A stretch of 58,085 nucleotides of DNA, filler included, from Sphacelaria rigidula (taxonomy: Eukaryota): the NCBI GenBank assembly GCA_964200075.2. It is 5 parts of 5 records of this genome, joined end to end, with 100 filler letters (N's around TTAATTAATTAA, not from the genome) between each part and the next. Parts side by side here need not be neighbours in the genome. Positions count along the whole stretch, not along the records: positions 1 to 11,539 come from CAXNAA020004815.1; positions 11,640 to 23,177 come from CAXNAA020004816.1; 3 more parts are not named here. One strand, 5' to 3'. Below are positions 1 to 11,931 of this stretch, piece by piece (within the stretch, counting starts at the first letter, position 1; every line of letters begins with the position of its first letter). The notes below the pieces were generated by a model. The model did no database searches, was not told the DNA's origin, and saw nothing but the letters and a program-made list of their open reading frames with translations. The position numbers and the translations under genes were made by a program.

Positions 1-75
1 GTATGCTCCTTGCACTCTGTGACCACGGGTTCGAGAGATCGAGCTAATGTGATGGATATAATGAGGTAATAATAG

Positions 76-262
76 AGTATCACTTGAGTATGACCTCAAT
101 ACTCTACTCAAATTTTGGGTAGATTGAGTTCGGCCTCAAATACTCTACTCAAATTTTGGGCAGATCGAGTACGGCCTCAAATTCTCTGCTCAATATTTGA
201 GTACCAAAAGCATGGCTTTTCAAAAATACGGAGTATTGCGTATACTCTACTCGACCTGCCCT
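76..262. repeat. Three imperfect ~41-bp tandem units (cctcaaatactctactcaaattttgggcagatcgagtacgg), possibly the subterminal end of a DNA transposon/MITE abutting the copia gag
   Basis: Units start near 94, 134 and 175, with a recurrent TACTC/GAGTA motif. The other end is not in the scaffold. Confidence 0.5.
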
Positions 263-269
263 TGAATTG

Positions 270-3200
270 TATGCAGGCCTTCAGTACGACTATTGATATG
301 CCCATAGGTGACCCCTTAGTTAGTTCACAAGTTTTGGTTGACCAACGCTTTAGTGAGACGAGCATAAGACGAGGACGTGTTGCTTGGACGTGTTGCTTGG
401 ACGTGTTTGACAGAGAATATCACAGACCGTGAGCTGTTAAGTGGTGTGTTTGACACAAACTCCCCAAGTGCAGGCTGGCGCTTTTATGTAACTGGCTTTT
501 CCCGAGAACTCTCTCTCGAAAAAATCGAAGTGGAAACGCCTTCTCAACGACTTACAGATGAAGAAAAAAGAAGGTCCGATGAAGTTTTTCGCGCGTGTGG
601 ATAAGATTTTTGGTGTATTAGTATCTCTAGGGGTATACTTCCTCTGTCCCATAAGTCTGTATCGTTATGGGCGTTTCATCGTTTGGGTGTTACAACGCTG
701 GCGATCATCCTACAGTTGGGCTCGTTAGAGAGATAACGCGCAGATGAAGCTGACTAGGAAAAATAATAAGAAAAAAAACTTGTTTTCAATACAAAAACTA
801 TGTCGAATTGTACCCCATTTTGACCCTTTTTTTGCCACTTATACCCCGATATTGACCGATTTTGGACGTTTTTACGTCGGGCACTCGCGATTACATGTTG
901 AAAATTTGTTACATGGGGCGTGCGTAGCTTAACGTCACGGAGGTATCCAAATCAGTGGTGGTTTCGCGGTATTCACATTTTTTCTCACAATTTTTCGCGA
1001 TTCCCGGGTTCCCGATGCTTCACTGGGGAAAAGAGCGAAAAATAGCCATGTTTTGACCGGCCTAATTTTTCTCGGCCGCGGTGCTGCACGGGTCGAGCAC
1101 CCACGTTGTACAAAGAGTGTTGTTTCTTGCTAAAAAAACACCAACAAATGAAACAAAAAAATCGACAATAAAATCGGACATCGTTGAGGGCTCGTACAAA
1201 CATAACGATACAGACTTATGGGACAGAGGAAGTATATGCCTGTAGAAGATGTTACTCTCAAGATAGTTGACGTGCTCACAAGCGATTACGAGTACGAATA
1301 GTGCACAATCTTGTACAAAGACGACATGACGCGGGCAGAGATTGAAGCTATTGTACGGCAGAGATACACGCTCATGTCAAGGGATGATACGAAGAACCGT
1401 GACGTCGGAAACGCTCTCGTTACGAGCAAGTCCACCCGCCGAAATCGCAATCAAAATGGCGCCAAGGGTGGTGCCAAAGGTGGTAGGGGTGTTTCCAGTG
1501 GTACTGCAGCAGGTAAGAACGACCAGAATAGCAATACCAAAAACGCATGCAAGAAGTACGACGACATATGAAACAAGTGTCATCATTGCTGAGAGACAGG
1601 ACACCGATGACTTGACTGTAACGCACACGTCATCCCACCCCCAAATATATCACAGGGTGGCTCGGGTGATATCATAGCGTGTTTGTCAATTGGTATGCAG
1701 CAAAGTAAAGAGGATGCGGTGGGAGTGCGTAACAGCAAAAATAATGGTATTGGAAGGTGGATAGCTGATAGTGGAGCAACATTTCATATGACTAAATCAG
1801 CTGAACTGCTTCGTGGCGCGCAACCATCTGAGGACAAAGTTCAAACCGGTAACAGTACCCTCATCGAAGTTGACTGTAGTTTTCCCCATTAGGGCTGGAG
1901 GGGTAACAGTAAGGCTTAAGAAGGTCGCCTACGTACCCGACCAAGCTTTCAATCTATTCTCATTAATGGCTGCGCACACACGAGGAGAAGGGTTCTCTGC
2001 TGATGACTCGGGCATAAGTCCGACTCTACTGGTTGGACGTCTTAGATTTTGAAGTGATGGCTCAGGATACTCAACGTATGGTAGAAGGATTGGTTCGAGT
2101 GATGGATACATCTCCCCCCTGTTGGTTCCCGAGTCTATTGAAAATCCAGTGCAACCCGACCCCCCTGTTCCCCTGGCCTTTCCTGTGATAGCCCCCGGTA
2201 GTGCTGATTCACGCGAGGCTGCGGTAGACATCAACGTTTTCCACTACGTACAGGGACATGCCAATGAATTTCTATTGAGAGAGACAACGAAATCGCGAAG
2301 TATATAGTTACTGGGTAACTTGAAATCGTGTACAGGATGTTCTATGGCGAAGGCGCACAGGAAATCAATCACAAACAGCGCAAAACCTCGTGCTTCACAA
2401 AAGCTCGGGAGATATTTTGTTGATCCTAGCGGTGCTAAGAGAACTCCTTCATTGCTTGGAAATAAGTATGTAATGATAGTTGAGGACGATTTTACCCGGT
2501 ACGCATGGGTATATTTTCTCGAGCGTACGTCCGATATCGCTGATGCTTTCAGGGAGTTTTTGGTTGATATACGTGCGGATGATGTACCTTCGGAAGTGAT
2601 AATAGTTAGCTCTGACGACGGAGGGGAGTTTTTCGGTGGTGATTTCGAAGGCGTGTGTAGGCACTACTGCATCAAGCAGGAATTCACCGACGCGAAAAGC
2701 CCGGAACTGAACGGCGTTGCCGAGAGAGTTCTAGGTATCATTCAAAACGCCGCACTTGCTGCTCGCATCCAAGCCCCCATCCTCTTTCCACATGTCAAGC
2801 TGTCACCATCGGAGATCCTCTGGGCTGAGACGATATATTGGGCATGTGACGCCCTGAATCACACCACAACGACGCCCAACCCAGGTAACAAGTCGCCGTA
2901 CGAGATGTGGTGCGGTAATGCAGCACCTGCATCACCACACCCTTTTGTTCGTCCGGGCTATTGCCGCTGGAGCCGACCATCAAAGTCGTTCCCCAAGTGC
3001 GAGAGTAGCCTCTGCCTCGGGCCCGGCATCGACCACCCCCGCGATTTATTGCGGATGCTGACGCGGGCCAATAAAGTAGTGCAGACAAGGGACGTCACCT
3101 GGGAGGCGCCGCCGGTCATGGTGGTGCCGCCGGTACAACTGCAGTAGCCAGCTTCGCCGCAGCTGACAGAAGCGTCGGAGCCGGGAGGGACGTCACAACC

Positions 3201-5218
3201 GGGAGGGACATCAGAGCTGGGAGAAACTCCGCAGCCGGGAGGGCTAAATTATTTGGATTCTGCTCCACCGACTCCATTACCGCTACTGGGGAGAAGAATT
3301 TCCCATCTACGTCGAGTGACATTTCCAGCGAAGAGTGCAGACCATGGTGGTAAAGGTGAGGGGGTTCTCTTGGCGACGGAAATCAGTCGGTTCCCGACAA
3401 CACAACTGATTATTTAGGTGTTTACTTGCCATCGGTGAGAAGTAAGCCGTCTGCCGACGGCGAACTCTCAGTCGAGGGGAGAGATTCGTCTTCATCAGAC
3501 GAAAGTGTTCCAGTTCCAACGACAGCGCGGACTGCGGCGCGGCAACTCGAGTCGAATATGGTTGGATCTGAAAATGGCGAGGAGCTTGGACGAACCAGAG
3601 CGCCGACGCGAGCGCTAAATCAGGAAGCATCTGGGCTTGTGACCATGTTAGGGCCCGATGAAGGGGGGATAATAATTTACGGCCTGCTGGTGGTACATGA
3701 GGCTAGCCGTAAGCCGGGCGAGCTCCCTAAAAGGGAAGCGGGGCCGGAGCCGTTGTCATACCCTGCGGCATGTTCATCACAATACTCGGATGTGTGGATG
3801 GAGGCGTTGAGGATGGAGTACGATGGGCTTATGACATTCCAGAGGGGTGCAACATTGTGGGCGTTACGTGGGTGTATAAGTGGAAAAGTGATTAACATAG
3901 GCTGGTTGACCGGGCGAAAGTCCATATGGTAGCTGTGGGGTACAGTCAGGTGGAGGGAGTAGACTAGTTAGAGACATTTTTCCCTACGGCATCTGCTCCT
4001 CCAAACAGGTTAATAGCGGCTATCGCACGTAAGCTAGACTGGAATTTAAGGCACTTACATGTAGACCAAGTCGGAGTTGGACACCCATACCTACTTGCAC
4101 CTGCCCCCCGGTTGTGAATCAGTATCTGGTCAGGTAGTGCGCCTTAACAAGGCTATATACGGCTTGAAGCAGAGTGGTCGTGCATGGTATCAACCATTGT
4201 CGTCAACCGGTGGAGTGTGGTTTCGAGAAAATGCTTGGTAGATCCTTGTGTGTTCCGACTGAGGGCTGCTAAAGACGTTGTGGAGGTGATGGTACTTCAT
4301 ATGGACGACATCATGATAGCAGCTACTGAGGAAATGACGAAGGTATTAGTCGGTGCACTCAATCAGAGATTTCCCACTAAAATCTCGGGGAGGTAAAGTG
4401 GTACATGGGGAGTGACTACAAAAGGGACGGGGGAAGAGGTACTTTGAAGATTTCACAAACCCAATTCATTAAGAGTGTGCTAAATCGTTTTGACGTCTCG
4501 AAGACTAGCCCCATTCCCGGTAGACCTCAGGCATGCAAGCGAGGGGGAGACCATGGTGGATGTGCCTTTCCGTGAGATCGTGGTGAGCTTGATGTGGATA
4601 GCGAACGAAACGAGGCCCGACATCGCGAATGCAGTTCGGGCAGTCGCTCGGCTCTTTCATGAACCCAAGCTGACTCACTACAAGGCGGCACAGACGATAC
4701 TCGAGTATTTGAATGCTACGTCGGACTTAGGTTTACTTTTCAAGAAGAGTAGCGACTTGGGGTGTATTCGGTTGGAGTTTGATTTGAATAAGTACGTTGA
4801 CACAGATTATGCCCATACGGCAGAGGACCGACGTTCCGTTTCAGGTGTAGCTATTTGCTGTGGAGGTACGATAATGTCTTGGTTATCTAGGACGCAGAAG
4901 TGCGTCACCCCATCTGGTACTGAGGCAGAGTAGGTGGCAACGGCAGACGGTGTCAAGGAGGCCCTGTATTTAAGGGGGATTCTGAAGTTCATAACGCCCA
5001 ATTTGGGGTCGAAAAGCATTGGTGTTTTTGAGGACAGCATGGGGGCGATCGAATTTGTTGGAAACACGTTAACCTCGTCCAACAGCAAACACAATGATGT
5101 ACGCCACCATTTTCTCAGGGGATTGGTTGGTAGTGGTGGCATATCCGTGAAGTATCTTCAACCAGAAGAACAGCATGCAGACATTGGAACCAAAGCCAAT
5201 GGTAAAAGAGACTTTTGA
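270..5218 (+). pseudogene. copia gag-pol polyprotein, disabled by many stops, frameshifts and deletions
   Basis: Fragments in ORFs 115-432, 377-604, 1311-1571, 1683-1892, 2122-2307, 2320-3147, 4184-4396, 4490-4933 and 4934-5218. A 13-bp tandem duplication (acgtgttgcttgg) at ~375-400 frameshifts gag. Confidence 0.9.
638..1232. mobile_element. Stowaway-like (Tc1/mariner) MITE, 595 bp, inserted in copia gag
   Basis: Perfect 32-bp TIRs CTTCCTCTGTCCCATAAGTCTGTATCGTTATG (638-669 and 1201-1232) with TA TSD (636-637, 1233-1234). Removing the element and one TA restores the gag frame LVSLGVYMPVEDVTLKIV. Confidence 0.95.
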
Positions 5219-5433
5219 AAGGTATCGTGATTTTCTCTTCGGCAGGATGTAGAATTCACCGTTCTTATTATTTTGTTGTGGTGGACCCCATCATTTGAGA
5301 TGAGCGATGATAGTAGGGAGTTCGATCAAATGTAGTTTATTCGATGGCAGGAAGGTCATGCTTGGGCTTGTTAGTCGATAAAGCTAGGGATAGTTGATCT
5401 CCGAACTGAAGTCAGAAGCATGAGCGAGGAAAC

Positions 5434-5670
5434 TGCGGGGTATTCGACTCTTCTGGCAAATTTACTGAGAACGTTCCTTGTGATTGGAGAAAGGCAAATC
5501 ATTCCGAGTTCCTATATTTTGGGAACTTTATCGCGGATCTTGAGACGCAGTAGATTATGGACCGAAGGCAGTTGTGACCGGGTAGTGCTCTACGCCCTAC
5601 TCCCTCACTCGTCTCCCTCACCCGTCTCCCTCACCCGTCTCCCTCACCTCTCTTCACCCAACTTCCTACG
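5434..5670 (+). repeat. Putative 3' LTR of the copia element
   Basis: Starts TG immediately after the purine-rich tract gaagcatgagcgaggaaac. Ends ...cccaacttcctacg (CA possibly mutated to CG) after short cccgtctccctca repeats. No 5' LTR is available to confirm. Confidence 0.6.
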
Positions 5671-5839
5671 TGTGGATAATAATAATGAAGACTTACAACA
5701 CATCATCATCTTCTTCCCAGTTACTGCAAGCGGGAAGTAATCTGTATGAGCACACAGCAAGGGGCTGTTGTTGCTGCAAGGTCATCTGATCAACACGATC
5801 ATTCGAATACCCGGGGGGGGGGGAAGGGTTACACAACTA

Positions 5840-6210
5840 TGTGTGTGTATGTTGTGTTGTTATCCGATCTATTCTGGACACCTGTCTACACCTTCCGATA
5901 TATTCGGACGCATCACCCGGAGTCACAGGAGGAAGGTCAGCAAATAAGTTTTCCTCCTATTTTGTCTTGGCACTTCACCTTCCTTCTGCGGTGCTTGCCT
6001 CACCTTTTATCACGGGAGGGGTTCTGCGGTCCGTTCCCCTCGTCGACCGTCAAGTCGAACTTTGTGCATCAACAACATAGTCGCTCTCCACTGTACTGTT
6101 GGCCACGGTGTGGGGGAAAATCCCAGATCGTGTGACTTCACCGAGATTCGATCCCACGTCCCAATTGTTAGAAGATTTTCGAGGTTACCAACTGAGCCAC
6201 CGGGGCGACC
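5840..6210 (-). mobile_element. tRNA-derived SINE (family A)
   Basis: Minus strand reads GGTCGCCCCGG-TGGCTCAGTTGG (A box)...GGATCGAATCTC (B box), then a ~280-bp body and a CA-rich tail (ggataacaacacaacatacacacacat). Confidence 0.85.
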
Positions 6211-6413
6211 GCCGGTAGACTGCATCGCCAGAGAATACGAGGTCACGGATAATATCACCCCTTCCGCATGAGTGCACCGCTTGTCCCAACAGTTAGATGT
6301 TTCGATCATGCCCAACGCACTAGTACTTTTAAAACTGGCATCAACTTCATAGAGCGAGAAGTACATCACACGATGGTATTGTATTAGGAGAGCTGTGTTC
6401 ACATGATTCTTAC

Positions 6414-6564
6414 CCATGAGGCCCCGCGTAAGACTTGACAAGAAGGCCGTGTTCCAGCTCTCCAGGTGCTCTCGCCCGCCCCTCCTTATCTGGATCGCCC
6501 CGGTGCGGATTGTAGAGCCGGACGGTTCGGTCCTGGCCAGCAGCCAGGCAATACTTTCCGTCCC
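6414..6564 (-). CDS. WDR83: WD repeat protein 83 / MORG1 homolog, exon 2
   Basis: acgtag|GG GAC...CAT GG|gtaag. Encodes DGKYCLAAGQDRTVRLYNPHRG...LLVKSYAGPHG, matching the WDR83 N-terminal WD40 pattern (DGxYCxxxGxDxTxxLWNPxRG..LxxxY.GHG). Phase fits exon 1. Confidence 0.85.
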
Positions 6565-6762
6565 CTACGTACAATTGTGTAGGCATGTAGGCATGTAAAT
6601 TGAAGAACCTCAGTTAATGGATGGGGTGCGATGTACATGAACGGGTGCAGGATACGCCGCACTGGTTTGAAAATTCAAACTTGAGCGGTATAGTATGCGA
6701 TATTGCTGCACGATGCAGTACCGTAGTAAAGCTGCCTTACTAGATTCAACATATTTACTAAC

Positions 6763-6835
6763 CGGTGAATCGCACCACAAAGCAAGGCCCCTGCCCCGCC
6801 GACATCTGTCGGAGAGGTTCTCGAGCCAACTCCAT
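6763..6835 (-). CDS. WDR83: WDR83/MORG1 homolog, exon 1 (start)
   Basis: ATG at 6835 gives MELAREPLRQMSAGQGPCFVVRFT G|gttagt. The phase-1 junction yields ...VVRFTGDGKYC. Remaining exons lie beyond the left edge. Confidence 0.8.
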
Positions 6836-7682
6836 CCTGCACTGATAACGCCGCCGAACTCTCTGCGTTGTACGTGGTACCTCCCTGTTCTTGCTACCGC
6901 TGTCGACACACGAAACGTTTGAAACTCGCGGCCGAAAGGAAGACAATAAAAGCCCTATCGACGCGAATCTATGGGAGGGAGATGCCGGCAAATCAGAATG
7001 TATTTGCTGCAAATTTCTCTCCCCAGCGGGTGGACTACTACTGTTCAGGTATATAGCATGGAGACTGGTAGGTACCCACTGCGCTGAATCACTTTGACAC
7101 GGCTGCACTGGCTATACAGATTCCGCTAGATCATGACTGTTGGAGTTTCGGCAATCACATGGTGATTGTTGGTGCCGGCTTCGGACAGTCCCGCAGACAG
7201 TCCCGTAGACAGTCCCGTAGGCGAAGGTATATCGCAGTGTTTCTGTGTGTGACTTCACGACAGTAGTCTGGTATGAAAAAGGTTCTCACACCTACTTGAG
7301 TGCTGTGCCGAGATTAGATTGTATGCTGGGAGTGCTAGCTGCTCGATTTTTTGCTAGGTCAATCTTCATCACGCGTTTGTCGGCAGCTTGTTTGGAGGCA
7401 GTTTAAATGATCAGGTATGCATGTGATGACCGATAATATCCTGATATCTTAACGTCTGGGCAAGAGTGCAGACGGGAGAGGATGGATGGACATACAGAAC
7501 AGTGATTAATAAGGTACATATATTGCTGTGGTCATCTAGCCAAATGTCTACTCGCTACCATGATAGTGCGATCGCGAAATTACCCAAAAGCGTACCATCC
7601 ATCAGAGTTCCTCGTGGTTTAGAAAGTGATGTGGGATACCACCCCCGGATGTGACTTTTCAAGCTCGGTTTTCTCGAAACCC

Positions 7683-7683
<1 letters not shown>

Positions 7684-7716
<33 letters not shown>
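7684..7716. repeat. (CGG)11 microsatellite
   Basis: Direct reading. Confidence 0.95.
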
Positions 7717-7721
<5 letters not shown>

Positions 7722-10156
7722 GAATTATTTAGTTAAATATATTATGCTGATTATAGTGAAGATGTTGGAGAAAGTATCGCTACGGCAGTTCAAGGTCTTT
7801 CTTCCCGAGGAGATCGAGGGGACCACCACCGCGAAAGCTGTCCTTTTGTCATATTCATCACCCACTTGGGTATCGGATGCCACCGATGATATCTAGATCA
7901 ACCACTGGAAACATGTGAAAAATAGCGGCTTTAGTTCACAGCGCCTTGCGCTCATGTATACACACACTTGTATCCATCAGTTCCGCGAGAGAGGTGGTTG
8001 ACGAGCCAGAACAGTCCTCAAGTATCGAAGCAAACTTTCTCGTGTCTATTTTCATTCAGGACCCATTTATCTTACAGTATTATGCCACATTTCGACTGTT
8101 GCTGTATCGTATCCCCTCGCGAATACTTTTTCGAAAGGTTACAGGTACATGTCTGAAATGTTCATTCTCTGTATTCGCTCTTAGGGCCCCTCTTAACGGT
8201 TAGACCGAGAGGGTAGTCCATCTGGATCATGTATACTTTTTCAAGTGAAATTGATGCCGATTCAACAGATGACCGGCTCTCGCTGTGTAAGGGTTAACCA
8301 CCAGACGGCGAGCGTCACCTCGGAACAGTTTCACAGGCTGACAGTCCAGGGACATCCGGGCGTTTCCAGGGGGCGGGGAGCTGGTTTTTGACAGAGGGGT
8401 AGGGGCCTGTGCTTGGAACAATCGAGAAGCTCACCAAGCCAACCATGTGCGTTCGCGATTTCCCACGGAAAATTACCTTCCAGGAATGAAGCCCGAGAGG
8501 AGCGGAACGACCCTTCTGACCAATCACGGCTATCAGAATTGTCACTTTGTTCCCCTACAGGGGGACTACTTTACTAGCCGTATTTCTCATTTTGGTCCTG
8601 GAAATTCAGCCATAGATATCGTAGGCACAAACAACGTCCCCTTTACTCTGCTCGTGGTCGTTGCCGCCTGCCGTGCCCATCATGTGTTGGCAACATAGCT
8701 TCACATTGTCTGTAGTGTTGTTGTGGAACACCACGCAGAGACACCAGCAGCATATAGTAGACTATATTCAGTGGAGAGCGATGGAATGCTCACTGTTTCT
8801 TGGCGTATCCCGCGGGGACATGCAGCACACGTACTGACTCTGCACGAAATTGACTGCAGGAGCAAAACGGGTCAGGGGTTCTCCGGGACTATTTCATGAA
8901 AAAGGCGTTTATGTGTAGCGAGAAAAGAGCTGTTTTGAGTCCCAAATGTGGCATAGTCCATCTCAGTCCTCCTGCGGGGCGGTCGCTAAAAAAACAGCCA
9001 AGAGCAAAGTAAGCATCCACAAGCCACATGCTCATTGGTCGCTGCGATATCATCCGGCCGCGTATGTCGCGACGACAATATGCTGCTTTCGGATGTTTTT
9101 TTTCCCTTGTCTTTTTGTTTGTTCCATCAAGATGGCCCTTATTCTCGAAACGATGATTCTGAAATGTCACGGTACCGCAGTTATCTTGTCCCAAGACCCT
9201 ACACTGGAATCTGCATCGCTGGAAGCTATGCTGATAAGATTTGCCGCCGTCTTCGGGCCTATGTGATATCGCACCCTCTAAAATCATCACTAGAAATGGA
9301 AAATCTGTTCCGTGTGATGTGCGAAAGGCTCACAATTATCATTTCAACCCCCACAGTGCCCTGTGCGCCTTGCGCCACTGAACCTGTGGCTTCAACACCT
9401 ACCTGCGGCATCAAGCAGCATATTCTGGAGGTTTCAGCATCATTAGGCACCGGGTGCATTTTGTCTGGACGCATAACCTTCAGAGATACCGCCTATGTAT
9501 TGAACGGGAATACTGCTGCATTAATGAACTTCAAACCCCAGTCCTGTCTCACGGTAAGAGTGATCCAATTCAACTGCATGGAACGATTCACAGGTTCCAT
9601 GAATCCTCACAAACTAAAAGCTATTGCCCGTGTACCCATGGTCATGGGTGAGGTGATGAGTGTACCCGCTATCCTTAGGTCCCTCTTATACGCAAGGTAT
9701 GCATGGTCACATGTTGGGAGCCGCGTGGTTCTCGTTATGTTGCCATCAGCAGCGGTGCCGGCTAACAGTAGGGAGCTGCTTGGCTATACCGTTAGGGTGA
9801 CGGGCGTTACGGGTCAACCGGCGATGTTGTTCCCGGAGGATGCCTTGCGCCGAGGAGATTGAGAACCTAATCCATCCGGATGAAACTGCACTCAGCGGCG
9901 CCGAGTGTCGACAATCCATAGTTTTGCCTCCTCTGATTTGTTTTTGAAACGCATATATTGAGTCGGACTGCTACTGTTTGCAAACTTATCATGGCGCGAC
10001 CGCGCCGTTCGAGGGACTTATCCGATGTTTTTTACGTGGGTTCATTTTGGTCGTTTCGTGTGTCCCTCGAACCGTCGACAAACGCAGGAATACACCTGGT
10101 CATAACCTCCTGCCGTACAAGTCTCGTGGTAAGGGCGAAACTGAGCCGCGAGGGGT

Positions 10157-10355
10157 ATGTCCAGGATCGGGCTCGTGAGCACTTTCCGTTTTGCGCCGAG
10201 CGACAAAGGTGGCGAGGCAACTGAAGATGATACTGGTACAGTGGACCGGTGCTGGTCTGTACTCTCCTCTTTCTTGCTGTTCCACTTGGCCAAGGGCGTG
10301 GACCATGTCTTTCTCTACGCCGATGCTGACGACGAATGGAATCGGATCCACATAG
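10157..10355 (+). CDS. Glycosyltransferase-like protein (GT2-like Glyco_tranf_2_4 / KOBITO1-ELD1-like), exon 1
   Basis: ATG preceded by an in-frame TGA. Encodes MSRIGLVSTFR...LSSFLLFHLAKGVDHVFLYAD, the family motif (W/F)xxxHxxxGxxxxxLY. Donor ATA G|gtgagc. Confidence 0.8.
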
Positions 10356-10634
10356 GTGAGCTTCGCAATACATATTCGGCGTGTTTGCTTGCAGATAGGG
10401 TATATCAAGACGCCCCAGTTGATTAGCATGCAGTCTCCTAGTACAGGAACCCAGTCAAGTAGAAATCAAGGCAGAACCGTGGGTGCGGTTTTATCAAGAA
10501 TCACGGCTGCAAGTCATTTGTGTGATACCTATCCCACGATAGGTTCAATCGAATGGGTATGAAGAAAACGATACTTTTCCGATTGTTGAGTATCAGATTG
10601 ACCACCTTCCTCTCTTGCTGTCTTGATTTCGCAG

Positions 10635-10696
10635 ATAAAATCGAAAAGGAGTTCCTGCCATCGCAGGTCAGCGTCGACGTTCGAAGCGAGGCACAG
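10635..10696 (+). CDS. KOBITO1-like glycosyltransferase, exon 2
   Basis: tttcgcag|AT AAA..., encoding DKIEKEFLPSQVSVDVRSEAQ|gtgaca. Phase 1 in, phase 0 out. An alternative in-phase donor follows 10666. Confidence 0.65.
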
Positions 10697-11233
10697 GTGA
10701 CACAATCGGAAGATAGAAATACCCACGGCTTCGAGAGTGTATTATTGACGTCGTGCTTACTCGTGCCGTTTTCTTGTTGATGTTTCTCGTTCATGGATTT
10801 CGGATCGTTTTATTGGTTGTACAACGTTGTGTGCGACGACATGCGCCCTTCGGTTGTCTTCGTGCCATCAAATCGCCCAACCAGACCCGCGAGAGAACAT
10901 CTAAGTGGAAGCGCATTTGCGCGGACGCTCGGCTGGGAAAGGACCGGCTTTGACACCGACCGAACGACAAATGTGCTCACTGTATATGTTGCGCTGATGG
11001 AGCCAAGCCTTCATCTTGCCCTGCTAGGCTACACTGGCTAGTTTTATTTCCCCAAAGACCCCACTTTCGTTGCCGTTAGCTGTGTGGTGTTGTGTGAATC
11101 ATATTGCCGCCTCTCACGCTATCGACGTTCCTCTTGTCAAAGCAATGTACGTTGACGTCTCGACACATCAGGTTCTGCTGACCCATATATAATGTTTTCA
11201 CCGCCTCGATTGGTCTGACTCCTGTCGTCGTAG

Positions 11234-11389
11234 AAGGAGCGCCAACGCCTTTCTTGCCGACTGTGGCGCGAGCTGGGATCCTTCAGCGCAACAGAGGTGC
11301 CTGCCAGGCAGAGCCTTAATGCGGAAGACGCATTGCGCAAGGCTGGCGCCATGGGGCTAGATTGGCTTTTGCATCTCGACATTGACGAG
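11234..11389 (+). CDS. KOBITO1-like glycosyltransferase, exon 3 with DxD motif
   Basis: gtcgtag|AAG...EVPARQSLNAEDALRKAGAMGLDWLLHLDIDE|gtgatc. Closely resembles the plant KOB1/ELD1 motif QSLNxxxAxxxAxxxGxDWxxHxDxDE. The gene continues past the scaffold end. Confidence 0.85.
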
Positions 11390-11539
11390 GTGATCCCTTC
11401 GTTGTTTAACCACATTCAGTGCTTGTGGCGCACCTAATAACACCATACGTTAATTAGTGCTGGCTCGATAGTTTGCACAGGCACCGTAGGTAAGGTACCG
11501 TACCGAGCGTACCCCCGGTATTTACCGGGGTATCCCATA

Positions 11540-11639
11540 NNNNNNNNNNNNNNNNNNNNNNNNNNNNNNNNNNNNNNNNNNNNTTAATTAATTAANNNNN
11601 NNNNNNNNNNNNNNNNNNNNNNNNNNNNNNNNNNNNNNN
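11540..11639. other. Artificial scaffold spacer (N44-TTAATTAATTAA-N44)
   Basis: Exactly 100 bp, with a linker carrying stops in all six frames. Confidence 0.99.
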
Positions 11640-11713
11640 CGTACCAATGTACCGCGCAGATATCGGAACGGCTTTTAATGTGAAGACAACAACAACAACA
11701 ACAACAACAACAA
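11640..11713 (+). mobile_element. 3' end of a (CAA)n-tailed retroposon (SINE/LINE tail)
   Basis: gatatcggaacggcttttaatgtgaagac(aac)n. Near-identical copy at 23278-23345 and a diverged minus-strand copy at ~30705-30830. Confidence 0.75.
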
Positions 11714-11834
11714 TCTGATTTCCACCGTGGAAAGCGTGAGAACGTGAGTAAACAAAGTAGTTGACTGAGTTTTGTTTGACGTGAGTTGATGCGGTGCGGG
11801 AGTGCTGATAGTCATGACCCAATCCGAGACCAAA

Positions 11835-11929
11835 ATGCAAGGCGTGCACCGGGGAGAGATGGGTTAGTCCCTCGAGACCAAGGACTCGTCCCGAGAAAGG
11901 GGAGGGGTTCAAAGTGCGACAAATAGTAA
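11835..11929 (+). mobile_element. 3' fragment of tRNA-derived SINE family B
   Basis: gcaccggggagagatgggttagtccctcgagaccaaggactcgtcccgagaaaggggaggggttcaaagtgcgac matches 36918-37015 and the reverse complement of 27080-27170. Confidence 0.7.
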
Positions 11930-11931
11930 TA

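Larger units (their letters stand above)
265..5670 (+). mobile_element. Decayed Ty1/copia LTR retrotransposon (5' LTR not in window)
   Basis: Domain order is gag-PR-IN-RT-RH. Zinc knuckle CHHC*ETGHR*LDC (~1578-1620); protease WIADSGATFHM (~1758-1790); HH-CC pre-integrase (FHYVQGH...CTGC); integrase DDFTRYAWVYFL, SDDGGEF and PELNGVAER; RT LNKAIYGLKQSGRAW and LHMDDIMI; RNase H YVDTDYA, DRRSVSG, TEAE and QHADI. A purine-rich tract and an LTR-like segment follow. Confidence 0.95.

Noticed and set aside
5697-5741. WDR83 exon 3 (cag|...|gtaagt on the minus strand)
   Set aside because: The splice signals are good, but the in-phase peptide (LLPACSNWEEDDDV) does not match the expected YEV.DV...DN continuation.
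6130-6210. Functional tRNA gene
   Set aside because: A and B boxes are present but there is no clean cloverleaf, and it continues into a SINE body and tail. The same applies to 27320-27390.
11584-11595. Conserved TTAATTAATTAA motif repeated four times
   Set aside because: Synthetic linker inside N spacers.
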